From Minisyncoccota bacterium (lineage in GTDB: Bacteria; Patescibacteriota; Minisyncoccia; Phycocordibacterales; Phycocordibacteraceae): a stretch of DNA of 64,000 nt. Position 1 is the first letter of the stretch, and every line of letters begins with the position of its first letter. Below are positions 16,703 to 26,177 of the stretch, one piece after another. The position numbers and the translations under genes were made by a program. The stretch is taken from assembly GCA_022842945.1 (NCBI GenBank), contig JALHOO010000001.1, forward strand, positions 221,830 through 285,829. Reading direction: 5' to 3'. The notes beneath the pieces are model-generated. The model saw only the letters and a list, made by a program, of their open reading frames with translations. It was not told the origin of the DNA and did not search any database.

Positions 16703-17674
16703 CTAGCGGATGCCCGCAAAGTATTCGTTCGTGCGATTAAGCAGCGTGTTCACGTCTGTGAAGCGTCCTTCTCTCGAAGACCCGAGCACCACAATTGCAA
16801 TAGGACGTCCCATACCCGCGTCATACACAATAGCGAGGTTTCCTCCGGCAAGATCCGTAAACCCAGTCTTTGAGAGGAGTGCGTTCGGTACGCGCGTTAT
16901 GCCCGGGTTTGTGTTTGGGAGCGTGTGGAGCACACCCTCGCGTGAACGAATGCTCGAGGAAGACTGCACGGTTGCGCGGGCAATCTCTGGTGCCTCCTCA
17001 AGAAGCGCTCCGGACAGAAGTGCAATGTCACGTGCCGAGCCGTATCCGCCAGACACCGAGGTGCTCTCGTCGAGGCCCGTACCGTTGAGTGCATAGGTCT
17101 GCGCAAGCCCAACCGCACTCGCAGCACTCGCAAGCATCGACTTGCCTGAGGTTGCGCGCGCGAGGGCTGCACTCTCAGCAATAGCTGCGGTTGCATCGTT
17201 AGAGGAAGAGACGAGCGCAATACGTGCAAGGTCTTCAAAGCGGAAGGTCTGCCCCTCGGCAAACCCACTCTCTCCGTCTGAGAGAAGTGCGGTATCGGTA
17301 ATAGTAACAACGGAATCTGCACTCAAAGACTCAGCGGCCGCGTATACCGTGAGGAGTTTTGTGAGGGACGCGAGTGGAAGCTGTGAACGGCTGTTCTTCT
17401 CGTACAGTGTTTCGCCGGTAACCAGGTCGTACACAATGGCGGACTTCCCTTCAAGAGCTACACCAGTGAATGCCTCAGACGCCGGCATAGACACAGGAGC
17501 CGGAGCCTCAACAAGCGCTACCGGTGCTTCCTTCTGTGCAAAGAGGGGTGCAACGAGAACCGTAAGGGAGAGGACGGCAGTGCCGGCAATGAGTGCGGTT
17601 GCTGCCTGCTTCTTCTGATGACGCTTTTCAAGGCGTCGTATCAACGTCTTTAGGTCTGGAGTGGGTGTGCTCAT
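16703..17674 (-). CDS. D-alanyl-D-alanine carboxypeptidase (S11, PBP5/6-like)
   Basis: N-terminal TM anchor, SxxK active site (LASLTKLLT), SxN-like and KTG-like (KTGFT) motifs. Confidence 0.7.
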   Translation of the reverse strand: MSTPTPDLKTLIRRLEKRHQKKQAATALIAGTAVLSLTVLVAPLFAQKEAPVALVEAPAPVSMPASEAFTGVALEGKSAIVYDLVTGETLYEKNSRSQLPLASLTKLLTVYAAAESLSADSVVTITDTALLSDGESGFAEGQTFRFEDLARIALVSSSNDATAAIAESAALARATSGKSMLASAASAVGLAQTYALNGTGLDESTSVSGGYGSARDIALLSGALLEEAPEIARATVQSSSSIRSREGVLHTLPNTNPGITRVPNALLSKTGFTDLAGGNLAIVYDAGMGRPIAIVVLGSSREGRFTDVNTLLNRTNEYFAGIR

Positions 17675-18225
17675 ACGTCAGTTGAAGCTAATGCTTGCGT
17701 TGCTTCGTGTGCAGACAGTATTGGGCTCAGTTCTGCATAGCGCGGAAGCTCTGCAAGAGTTGTCGCACCCAGATGTGCCAGTGCATCAACGGTTGGACGA
17801 TACTTCGCACGACGCTTGTCGCTCGGGTCCTCGATGCGCTCTATAAGGCCACGCATAAGGAGTGCGCGCACCGCGGTACTTGAGTTAACGCCACGCACCC
17901 AGTCAATCTCTCCGCGCGTTGCATTCCCCTTGTACAAAATAAGGGCGAGGGTCTCGAGACTCGCTTTTCCAAGATCGCGAGACAATTCGCTCTCGCGAAG
18001 ACTCTGCACTACGTCAGCGCACTCAGGGCTCGTACGCAGTTCAAGGGCGTCTTCTGTTTCAATAAGAGAGAGTCCGGAATCAGTAAGCGTAATGCGAAGA
18101 GCGTTAACAGCATCCGTAAGTCCGTCAAGGGAAACAGAGAGAAGTGTCGCCAAACGCTTCTTAGATAGGGCTTCGCCCGCGGCAAAGAGGACAGCCGTAA
18201 GCTTGGAAGAAAGAGGAAGCGCCAT
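17671..18225 (-). CDS. scpB: segregation and condensation protein B ScpB
   Basis: Winged-helix tandem and its pairing with the scpA gene nearby; 184 aa. Confidence 0.65.
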   Translation of the reverse strand: MALPLSSKLTAVLFAAGEALSKKRLATLLSVSLDGLTDAVNALRITLTDSGLSLIETEDALELRTSPECADVVQSLRESELSRDLGKASLETLALILYKGNATRGEIDWVRGVNSSTAVRALLMRGLIERIEDPSDKRRAKYRPTVDALAHLGATTLAELPRYAELSPILSAHEATQALASTDV

Positions 18226-18315
18226 AGTCCCTAAAGAATACCGTCAAAACGCCGTTGGGCAACCCTCCTAAGTTGGGGACGGCTCTTTCCTCAGGTATGT
18301 AGTATCGTACAGAGC

Positions 18316-19089
18316 ATGATGACCTGGACTGACAGTCTTATTCTCGGCGCCATTGAGGGCATAACCGAGTTCCTCCCCATTTCCTCAACCGGACACCTTA
18401 TCCTCGCAAGTGAGCTCCTTGGACTTACCCCAAGCACCTTCCTTTCTTCTTTCCATATAGCGATTCAGCTTGGTGCCATTGCAGCCGTTGTGTTCTTGTA
18501 TTGGAAATCCTTCCTCGACATCCGCTTTCTTACGAAACTCTTTGTTGCCTTCCTTCCCACGGGACTCGTAGGCTTTCTAGTTTACCCTTACGTAAAGGAA
18601 TACCTCTTGGGGAACTCCATGATTGTAGTGGCTTCCCTGTTTATTGGAGGCGTGGTGCTTATCGTCTTTGAACTCCTCCACAAAGAGAAGCCCGAGTCTC
18701 TTGAAGGTGCTAAGCAGATAACCTACAAGCAGGCACTTCTCGTTGGTTGTTTCCAGTCCATCGCTATTATTCCGGGTGTCTCACGCTCTGCCGCTACTAT
18801 CATCGGCGGACTTCTCGCTGGCATGCGCCGCGTAGCTATTGTTGAGTTCTCGTTCCTCCTTGCGGTGCCTACTATGATTGCCGCAACCGGCTACGATCTT
18901 CTTAAGTCTGCGGACACCTTCGCCTTTGACGATTTCGGTCTTCTTGCGCTTGGCTTCTTAACTGCGTTTGTGGTGGCACTCGTATCCATGCGCTTCCTCC
19001 TCACACTCGTACGCCGCTACACGTTCATACCGTTTGGTATATATCGCATTGTTCTTGCGGTGCTCTTCTTCTTTATAATCCTGTACTAG
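18316..19089 (+). CDS. uppP: undecaprenyl-diphosphate phosphatase UppP/BacA
   Basis: GITEFLPISSTGHLIL signature and 8 TM helices. Confidence 0.85.
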   Translation: MMTWTDSLILGAIEGITEFLPISSTGHLILASELLGLTPSTFLSSFHIAIQLGAIAAVVFLYWKSFLDIRFLTKLFVAFLPTGLVGFLVYPYVKEYLLGNSMIVVASLFIGGVVLIVFELLHKEKPESLEGAKQITYKQALLVGCFQSIAIIPGVSRSAATIIGGLLAGMRRVAIVEFSFLLAVPTMIAATGYDLLKSADTFAFDDFGLLALGFLTAFVVALVSMRFLLTLVRRYTFIPFGIYRIVLAVLFFFIILY

Positions 19090-19826
19090 TACCGAGGTAC
19101 TCCCGCTGACGTATTCGTTATGCGGATGTCTTCAAATGGGTCGTGCTGAGCGGCATCAACGGCGCCTTGCTTAACGAGCTCAAGAAGTGCAAGGAAGGAA
19201 ACGATAACCTCAACCTTCTCTTTGTCGCCGCTAGAGAACTCTTTGAACGAGAGTGTCATGGCGCGTTGTACCCTCGACAACAGTGTGTCCATCATCTCTT
19301 CAATCGTAACCAAGGGACGCACCCGTACTTCAGGCAACTTCTCTTCTGCCTTCTCGAGGCTCTGAAGGGCGTTCGCAAGTGCGGTTGCAAGGTGCTCAAG
19401 GGTGAGGTCTCTGGCAGGAGAGAACATAGGCTCTGGTGCCCTCTCGCCTGCAGACACCATCATTCTCTTCCCAAAGATACGCGAGAGTTCCTGTCTAGCT
19501 TCGCGCACGGCTTCGTATTGCTGAAGTCTTCGCTTCAGATCGTCCATGTCCTCCTCCTCTTCCATAGAGAGTTCAAGCTCTGGGATAAGGGACTTCGACT
19601 TAATAAGAAGCAGGGTTGCTGCTACACCAATGAATTGCGCAGCCTCTTCCATCGGGAACGCTTCGTGCCCGCGCACGAATGCAATGTAGTCGTCGGTAAC
19701 CTGAGAGAGGGACAGTTCGTTAACGGAGAGTTTCCGTTTGTCGATGAGATCAAGAATAAGATCGTAGGGCCCTTCAAAGGACGCGCTCTTAATCGTAAAA
19801 CCCGTGTACGCGGTTACCCCTTCCAT
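19086..19826 (-). CDS. scpA: segregation and condensation protein A ScpA
   Basis: 246-aa kleisin-like protein; operon partner of scpB. Confidence 0.65.
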   Translation of the reverse strand: MEGVTAYTGFTIKSASFEGPYDLILDLIDKRKLSVNELSLSQVTDDYIAFVRGHEAFPMEEAAQFIGVAATLLLIKSKSLIPELELSMEEEEDMDDLKRRLQQYEAVREARQELSRIFGKRMMVSAGERAPEPMFSPARDLTLEHLATALANALQSLEKAEEKLPEVRVRPLVTIEEMMDTLLSRVQRAMTLSFKEFSSGDKEKVEVIVSFLALLELVKQGAVDAAQHDPFEDIRITNTSAGVPRY

Positions 19827-21232
19827 GAGTCAATGAATGAAATAAGAAGACGCACAGGAGACCCGGAGGCGCCCTTAACCAGTTCCTCTCCGGGAGCGGC
19901 CGTCATTCGGGGAGCAATATCAATGTGTGCCCACGGACAATTAAGTTCTTTAGCGAACTGCCAGAGGAATATCGCGCCATTCGTAGCGCCTCCATAGCGT
20001 CCGCGAGAAATAGAATGGTTCTGTAGGTCTGCAAAGTCGCTCTTAATAACGCTCTCGTACTCGTCCCAGAGTGGAAGACGCCACAGATAGTCCCCGGTCT
20101 CTTCAGAGAGTGTAAGTAGCGTACTGGCTAGTGCATCGTCGCGTGTCATGAGACCGTTGGCGTAGGGACCAAGTGCAACACATGCCGCGCCCGTAAGCGT
20201 TGCCACGTCCACAACAACGCTCGGGTTGAAGCGCTTTGCGTAGGTAAGGGCGTCTGCGAGTACGAGTCTTCCTTCAGCGTCGGTGTCCGTAACTTCAACC
20301 GTCTTTCCTGAGAGCGAGGTGTGAATGTCTCCGGGGCGCGTCGCACCGTTCCCGAGCATATTCTCGGCAGCCGGAATAAGACCAATAACATTCTTCTTGA
20401 GTCCGAGCTTTGCAGCGAGTGCAACCGAATGAATAACGGCAGCACCTCCGGACATATCAAGATGCATTTCGTATATGCCTGTCGAGGGTTTGATGTTGAG
20501 ACCTCCTGAATCGAAGGTTATGCCCTTGCCAGCGAGCACTATAGGCTTCTGAGAAGCAGGTCCTCCTTTGTAGGAAAGCACGGTAAACGTAGGCTCTTCT
20601 GTGGATCCGGCCCCTACGCCCGCTAGAAGGCCCATACCGAGAGCTGAGAGCTTCGCACGTCCAAGTACCTCAACCGTTACGGGAAGGCCCTTAACGGCCG
20701 CTTTTGCGGCGTTCGCGAGGCCTCTTGGGGTCATGGAGCCTCCGGGGGTATTCGAGAGCTCGCGCGTGGCGTTAACGGCACGTCCAATAGCCTGGCCACG
20801 CTTTATGCCCGCCTTCATAGCAGGAGTCGCAGTGTCGTACAGGAGTATCTCCTCGATCTCGTTCCAGCCATCCTTTGGCTTTGTTTTGAACGTGGTGAAT
20901 TGGAAGTTCGCCATCTCCGCGTTCTCGGCAAATAGCTGGCTCGCTTGTTCTGGAGAAGAGAACGAAAGGTTCTTCCAGAGTTTCGGTGTGCTCTCGAACG
21001 AAACCGCAATGCGCTTCGCCTTCTGTGCACGTGCGGTCTGCACCATGGCACGGATGAGGGTTATGTACGTGCGGTTTGTTACCTCGCCTGCCTTTCCCGC
21101 TCCGAGCTCAAGAGTGTCTACCTTGCCTTCGCGCACGAGACGCTTCGCTCCCTTCGCGTCTTCCGTGAAGCGGATACGCAGAACCCCTGCAGGTGCAGAA
21201 TCAAGAGCGCCCTTGGCGAAGGTTATCTTCAT
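19814..21232 (-). CDS. pepA: leucyl aminopeptidase (M17) PepA
   Basis: NTDAEGRLVLADAL signature and metal-binding residues. Confidence 0.8.
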   Translation of the reverse strand: MKITFAKGALDSAPAGVLRIRFTEDAKGAKRLVREGKVDTLELGAGKAGEVTNRTYITLIRAMVQTARAQKAKRIAVSFESTPKLWKNLSFSSPEQASQLFAENAEMANFQFTTFKTKPKDGWNEIEEILLYDTATPAMKAGIKRGQAIGRAVNATRELSNTPGGSMTPRGLANAAKAAVKGLPVTVEVLGRAKLSALGMGLLAGVGAGSTEEPTFTVLSYKGGPASQKPIVLAGKGITFDSGGLNIKPSTGIYEMHLDMSGGAAVIHSVALAAKLGLKKNVIGLIPAAENMLGNGATRPGDIHTSLSGKTVEVTDTDAEGRLVLADALTYAKRFNPSVVVDVATLTGAACVALGPYANGLMTRDDALASTLLTLSEETGDYLWRLPLWDEYESVIKSDFADLQNHSISRGRYGGATNGAIFLWQFAKELNCPWAHIDIAPRMTAAPGEELVKGASGSPVRLLISFIDSWKG

Positions 21233-21236
21233 AGGG

Positions 21237-22586
21237 CTATGCTTCAGGCTCAGCGTCTGTTAGACGCATGTCGATGCGGTTGATGTCGCGCGGGAAGAGT
21301 GTTGCCTCCTTAACATTCGGAAGGTTCAGGAACTTTGCTGTGAGGCGTTCGAGTCCCATGCCCCATCCGCCGTGTGGTGGAATACCGTACTTGAAGGCCT
21401 GGAGGTAGTACGAGAACTTCTCCGGATCAAGACCTTTCATCTTGATGCCGTCTATAAGGTTTTGGTAATCGTGCCTGCGCTGTCCACCCGTTGTTATCTC
21501 AACCCCGCGGAACAAGAGGTCGAAGCCGTTCGTGTATCCGATATCATTTGGATCCTCGTAGGTATACATAGGACGCTTTGATACTGGGTAGTGGGTAACG
21601 AATACGAAGTCAGAATTGTGCTCCTTCTTAGACCACTCGCAGAGCCAACGCTCGTCCTCAGGCTCAAGATCGGGTTCCTCTCGCTTGTCCTTGCCGGTCT
21701 CTTTGAAGATAAGTTCCTGTGCCTCGCGTAGCTTCATGCGGGGAATCTCAGTGGGTACGGACGGTACCTCTGCGCCAAGAAGCTCGAACTCGGATGCGCA
21801 GGTGTTCTTAAGATGCTCTGCGACATACGCCATGAGCTTCGTCTCAACCGCCATCACGTCTGTGTGGTCCTTGATGAAGCCCATCTCGACATCCATCGAG
21901 GTGTACTCGTTCAAGTGCCTCGTGGTGCTGTGCTTCTCAGCGCGGAACACGATGCCTATGGAGAACACACGCTCGAGCGCACCAACCATAATCTGCTTGT
22001 AGAGTTGAGGAGAAGTCGCAAGGTGCGCGGTCTTTCCGTAGAAGTACGGTACTTCGAATACCTCGCCGCTTCCTTCAGCATCGTCTCCGATGAGTTTCGG
22101 TGCCTGGAACTCTGTGAATCCTACGCTGTTGAGGTACGCACGGTACGAGCGAACAATCTCTGCCTGCACCTTGAATATGGCGCGTGCTCGCTTGCTACGA
22201 AGTGTGTATGGAAGGTAATCAAGATAAGTATCAAGATTAAGTTCGGCATCAAGATCAAATGGAAGTTCCTGCGTCTCTGCGAGGACTTCGATGCCCTTAA
22301 TCTCAAGCTCAATGTCTCCGTTCACTTTCCCCTCCTGCACGTTCCTCTCAGGACGCTTATTCACGATGCCACTCACGGCAACCACAAACTCGTTGCGCAC
22401 TGACTTGGCGGTTTCCATGAGCGCCTCGTCTCCTGGAAGTACTACGCCCTGTACGGTCCCTGACATATCGCGGAAGTCGAAGAAGACAAGCTTCCCTTGG
22501 TCCCGGCGTACATCAACCCAGCCTTTAAGTGTTACGGTCTCCCCAGCTTTCTGGGCGAGGTCTCCTATCATCGTGCGGTCCTGCAT
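21237..22586 (-). CDS. class IIb aminoacyl-tRNA synthetase, archaeal-type AspRS or AsnRS
   Basis: N-terminal OB anticodon-binding fold; motif 2 FRAE...RHLNEYTSMDVE; motif 3 GGWGMGLERL. At 449 aa it is too short for bacterial-type AspRS. Confidence 0.6.
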   Translation of the reverse strand: MQDRTMIGDLAQKAGETVTLKGWVDVRRDQGKLVFFDFRDMSGTVQGVVLPGDEALMETAKSVRNEFVVAVSGIVNKRPERNVQEGKVNGDIELEIKGIEVLAETQELPFDLDAELNLDTYLDYLPYTLRSKRARAIFKVQAEIVRSYRAYLNSVGFTEFQAPKLIGDDAEGSGEVFEVPYFYGKTAHLATSPQLYKQIMVGALERVFSIGIVFRAEKHSTTRHLNEYTSMDVEMGFIKDHTDVMAVETKLMAYVAEHLKNTCASEFELLGAEVPSVPTEIPRMKLREAQELIFKETGKDKREEPDLEPEDERWLCEWSKKEHNSDFVFVTHYPVSKRPMYTYEDPNDIGYTNGFDLLFRGVEITTGGQRRHDYQNLIDGIKMKGLDPEKFSYYLQAFKYGIPPHGGWGMGLERLTAKFLNLPNVKEATLFPRDINRIDMRLTDAEPEA

Positions 22587-22651
22587 ATAGGCCTAAAATA
22601 CCACGCCCACGCACAAAGTGCGCGGGCGTTCTGGTATGTATGGGGTACTGG

Positions 22652-23608
22652 CTAGGACACGCCAACCGCTCGACGAACCTCTTCCATCTTCACGTTTGCA
22701 CGTTCGCGCGCAAGCTGCCCGCCCTTCTCAAGTACGTCTAGAACGGTGCGCGGATCGCTTGCTAACTCATGGTATCGCTCACGGAGGGGGGCGATAAAAG
22801 CATCAAGGTCTTCGATGAGGGCTTCCTTGAGTGCCTTGTACTTCCCTGTGTGCTCCGTGTACAGAGACTCAAGCTCGTGCTCGGTCTTTAAAAGCTTATG
22901 GATGGCGTACACGTTCTCAGGACGATCGCTTCCAGAGTCTGTAACGATGCTCATAACGAGTTCCTCAATATCTGTACGTGAAGAGAAGAGCGGAATAGTG
23001 TTGTTGTAGCTTTTGCTCATCTTCTGTCCGTCGAGACCTGGAACAACGGCAACCTCAGGAACGATGAACTCCTCAGGAAGCGTGAAGGTCTCGCCGAAGG
23101 TACGGTTGAACTTCTCAGCGGTGTCGCGCGCGAACTCAATGTGCTGCTTCTGGTCATGTCCCACAGGAACCTTTGCGGTGTTGTAGAGGAGGATGTCTGC
23201 CGCCATGAGCATCGGATAGTTGAAGGTTCCAACAGACACCTCTTTGTTCTTCGCTTCTCCATCTTTGAACGCATGTGCGCGCATGAGGTACGGCATGGTG
23301 GTGATGGTGTCGAATATCCATGCGAGCTCGGTATGCGCCGGCACGTCAGATTGCTTGAATAGCACCACCTTCTCGGGATTAAGTCCCGACGCCATGTAGG
23401 TTAGGACGAGCTCGCGCGTAAGGTCGCGCATGTCGCCTGCGTTCTGTACGAAGTTAAGCGCATGGTAGTCCGCAACCATGATGTAGCTCTGGTGGCTCCC
23501 AACCGTCTGAAACTCTACGAGCTGCTTAATAGCACCGAAGTAGTTCCCGATGTGCGGTACACCGGTTGGTTTAATGCCTGAAAGAAGGATGGGCTTGTCT
23601 GTTTCCAT
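22652..23608 (-). CDS. trpS: tryptophanyl-tRNA synthetase
   Basis: HIGH motif (GVPHIGNYFGA) and KMSKS motif. Confidence 0.85.
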   Translation of the reverse strand: METDKPILLSGIKPTGVPHIGNYFGAIKQLVEFQTVGSHQSYIMVADYHALNFVQNAGDMRDLTRELVLTYMASGLNPEKVVLFKQSDVPAHTELAWIFDTITTMPYLMRAHAFKDGEAKNKEVSVGTFNYPMLMAADILLYNTAKVPVGHDQKQHIEFARDTAEKFNRTFGETFTLPEEFIVPEVAVVPGLDGQKMSKSYNNTIPLFSSRTDIEELVMSIVTDSGSDRPENVYAIHKLLKTEHELESLYTEHTGKYKALKEALIEDLDAFIAPLRERYHELASDPRTVLDVLEKGGQLARERANVKMEEVRRAVGVS

Positions 23609-23676
23609 TGGGTATCACGATACCACGTCCTCCCTAAAGAAAAACCGCGGACCTTTGGTCCGCGGCATTCCGTTGT

Positions 23677-23916
23677 TCAAGGACGGCTGATTCCCGTGAT
23701 CAGAGCAAGGACAACATTGCCCTCGCGCTCGGGAAGCTCAACCTGAGAGCCGGCCTTCTTTCCCAGAAGCAGGGACGACCAGCAGCGGGTATTGCCAGTT
23801 GGGGTGACCGTGAAATCCTGGGGATCTCCATGGTCTCCTGCACCGACGAATTCCAGCCGAAGCTTGTCGCCTACTTGAACCACCCGCTGTGCGGGCTCGA
23901 GAGTACGTACGTTCAT
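23677..23916 (-). CDS. hypothetical small protein in high-GC islet
   Basis: AAGGAGGG RBS 4 nt before the internal Met (MNVRTLEP...); GC content is well above the window average. Confidence 0.35.
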   Translation of the reverse strand: MNVRTLEPAQRVVQVGDKLRLEFVGAGDHGDPQDFTVTPTGNTRCWSSLLLGKKAGSQVELPEREGNVVLALITGISRP

Positions 23917-24181
23917 GACACCCTCCTTCAAGGATCTAGCCGTAGTGGCTTTGTCTGCATACTAGAACTTCGCATGACGCACCGAAGGTTTCCAAACAAG
24001 AACGTCCCGCATATAGCGGGACGTTCTTTTGGTGCAGTTAGTGCGAGTGCACTGGAACCAAATCATCACAGAACTACGAGAATTGGCCGAAATCTGGGAG
24101 GTGCTCGAAGATCGTCAATAAGAAAAGACCCGCCATAGTCGTAAGACAATGGCGGGCCGATAGACTGTCGATGGTGGCCAG

Positions 24182-24631
24182 CTAGCCTGACTCCTGATAC
24201 TCCTCGAGCACGCGGATGAACGGATACTGTTGGGCGCTGAACGCGTAGCCGCGCAGCAAGTCCTTCATTCCCCGGTACTCCTCACGGTGTCCGGTGTTGA
24301 TGGAAATGCGATTCGACCACCAGTAGAAGCCGAACCCCTGCGCAGCGATAAACTCGCGGTAATGGGTCGACTCGAACTGAACGAGTCGACAGTTCAGTGC
24401 CGCACGAGCTCCGGACGTAATGCAGACACGCTGGGGTCTCGTGTCGACAGTCGACACGAAGTCCCACGGCGCATGCGCGTACCAGCCGGCGTCACGCTTG
24501 CCCAGTTCCCCGGTGAAGGGGTTCCAGGTGAGGGCGATGTGGTAGGGCTCGACGAAGGTGAAACTGGTGACGAGCACCAAGCACACCGCCGCGACACTCC
24601 CAACAATGCCTCCAATGACACGACGACCCAT
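24182..24631 (-). CDS. membrane-anchored hypothetical protein, paralog 1 (high-GC islet)
   Basis: Start MGRRVIGGIVGSVAAVCLVLV (TM helix). It is homologous to the upstream ORF and its ATG overlaps the upstream TAA (TAATG). The ORF-track N-terminal extension to 25018 overlaps the paralog in another frame and is likely spurious. Confidence 0.45.
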   Translation of the reverse strand: MGRRVIGGIVGSVAAVCLVLVTSFTFVEPYHIALTWNPFTGELGKRDAGWYAHAPWDFVSTVDTRPQRVCITSGARAALNCRLVQFESTHYREFIAAQGFGFYWWSNRISINTGHREEYRGMKDLLRGYAFSAQQYPFIRVLEEYQESG

Positions 24632-25103
24632 TACTGGGTCACCGGCGAGGCCGACGGATCGCCGCCTGGGGCTTCCTCGTTGCGAAGCTCGCGCAGGATG
24701 GTCAGGAACGGATAGGTCCGGCCGCTGCCATCGTAGGCGTAGCTCTTGAGGATGTCGTTGAGCGCGGCCTGGCCGTAGTCGCCGCGGCCGTGCCAGGACA
24801 GGAACAGTTCCAGGCCGGCCGAGTTGAATCGGACCAGCTTGCAGTTCAGCACCCGCTGGTTTGCGTTGATGCAGACCTGCATCGGCCGACCGTCGATCAC
24901 ATAGATCTGCTGGAGCCACGGAGTCTTGTGGTTCCAGCCGGTCCGAGCCAGCGGACTGATCCGGCCGGTCGTCGCGTCGAATTCGTAGCCGTGCTGATAG
25001 TTGTCGACGAAGCGCCACGAAAGGAGGAAATAGGTACCTCCCGCCAGTGCCGCAAACGCCAAGGCGACGCCGGCGATGAAGCCGATAAGCGTTCTATTCA
25101 TAC
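24631..25103 (-). CDS. membrane-anchored hypothetical protein, paralog 2 (high-GC islet)
   Basis: GGGAGG RBS then MNRTLIGFIAGVALAFAAL. Shared motifs with paralog 1: FV(D/E)xY, QVCI/RVCI, LNCKLV/LNCRLV. Confidence 0.45.
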
Positions 25104-25273
25104 TAGCCTCCCATCTCAAAGTTCGAGACAAGCACGGACAAGACCGTGCAGGTTGACGACGGATGTCGTTCCAGCACTTTTATATAACAATATTAGGCAC
25201 TATGTCAAGTCTCTAACCCCACCCAGACCAAAGCACCCTATAGGGTGCTTTGGTTCCAAAACTCTTCTTAGGG

Positions 25274-25356
25274 TGCGCCGGGGAGGATTCGAACCTCCGA
25301 AGCCGTGAGGCGACAGGTTTACAGCCTGCATGTTTTGACCACTTACCTACCGACGC
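25274..25356 (-). tRNA. tRNA-Tyr (anticodon GTA), class II with long variable arm
   Basis: Acceptor stem GCGTCGG/CCGGCGC, anticodon loop CTGTAAA and T-arm GGAGG-TTCGAAT-CCTCC; CCA not fully encoded. Confidence 0.75.
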
Positions 25357-26129
25357 GTCAAGCTCTCGTACCGGTTCTGGTGCTTCGCATTCATAGGCTG
25401 AATCTCTGCGAAGAATCTCTCCACATCGTCTCGCTTCGTTACATAAATGCAATCTGAACTCAGCTCCGATACTCGATATCCTAACCTTCGCAACATAGCC
25501 TGTAAAGCGAGAAGCAGCGGGATCGACTTATTGGTAAAGGACAGCTGCACGCCGAATCGAAGCTTATAGACCGAGCCGTCCGTATCAAAGAACCCTCTCA
25601 GGAAGGAACGCATGTATGCTTCCTTCTCAAACAGCCATCCAGGCACACCCACTTGAGCTGCCACCTTGTTTGATACCAGTCCTTGGACAATAAGCCATCG
25701 GGTAAGCTCGACCGAACCTATGTACACATCGTGAAAACCATTACTTCTGTGGCAAATAGTTGCAGGAACCTTGAACAGAGAAGTCATGAGCGCTTGCACG
25801 TAACAGACGTAGTTATATTCCTTAGTTCCGAGGGTAACGAATGTCTGATACGTGCCTACATGTCCATCACCTAGCATAATCCCGAAGAATTCAGCGAGGT
25901 CCTCTGACCGTTTTACGGGAATAGTAAGGTCAGTACGTTTTCCAAGATAGGTGCTCTTGAGTTCAGGACAGGTGGGTATTGCTAGACGCTTCAGTCTATC
26001 GAATACCGTTTTGGATGATATAGAAAGAATCGCCCCGACCTCATTAATAGTCTTATTCTGACGAACATAAAGCTCGAGCAGTGCTTCTCTATGTAAATCC
26101 TCCTCTTCAGTTGTCCATCTCCTTGCCAT
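25347..26129 (-). CDS. LAGLIDADG family homing endonuclease with N-terminal HTH domain
   Basis: Two LAGLIDADG-type motifs (FFGIMLGDGHV and GFFDTDGSV) and an N-terminal HTH (INEVGAILSISSKTVFDRLKRL). The 3' end overlaps the tRNA-Tyr 5' end by about 10 nt. Confidence 0.65.
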   Translation of the reverse strand: MARRWTTEEEDLHREALLELYVRQNKTINEVGAILSISSKTVFDRLKRLAIPTCPELKSTYLGKRTDLTIPVKRSEDLAEFFGIMLGDGHVGTYQTFVTLGTKEYNYVCYVQALMTSLFKVPATICHRSNGFHDVYIGSVELTRWLIVQGLVSNKVAAQVGVPGWLFEKEAYMRSFLRGFFDTDGSVYKLRFGVQLSFTNKSIPLLLALQAMLRRLGYRVSELSSDCIYVTKRDDVERFFAEIQPMNAKHQNRYESLTRR

Positions 26130-26177
26130 TCAAAAAGAATGACATTAAGGAGATAAAGAAACGTTAAAGTTGTATAC

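Noticed and set aside
24631-25018. 130-aa N-terminal extension of ORF 24182..25018 (Arg/Pro-rich)
   Set aside because: It overlaps the upstream paralog in another frame. The homologous N-terminus begins at the internal Met, which is translationally coupled (TAATG).
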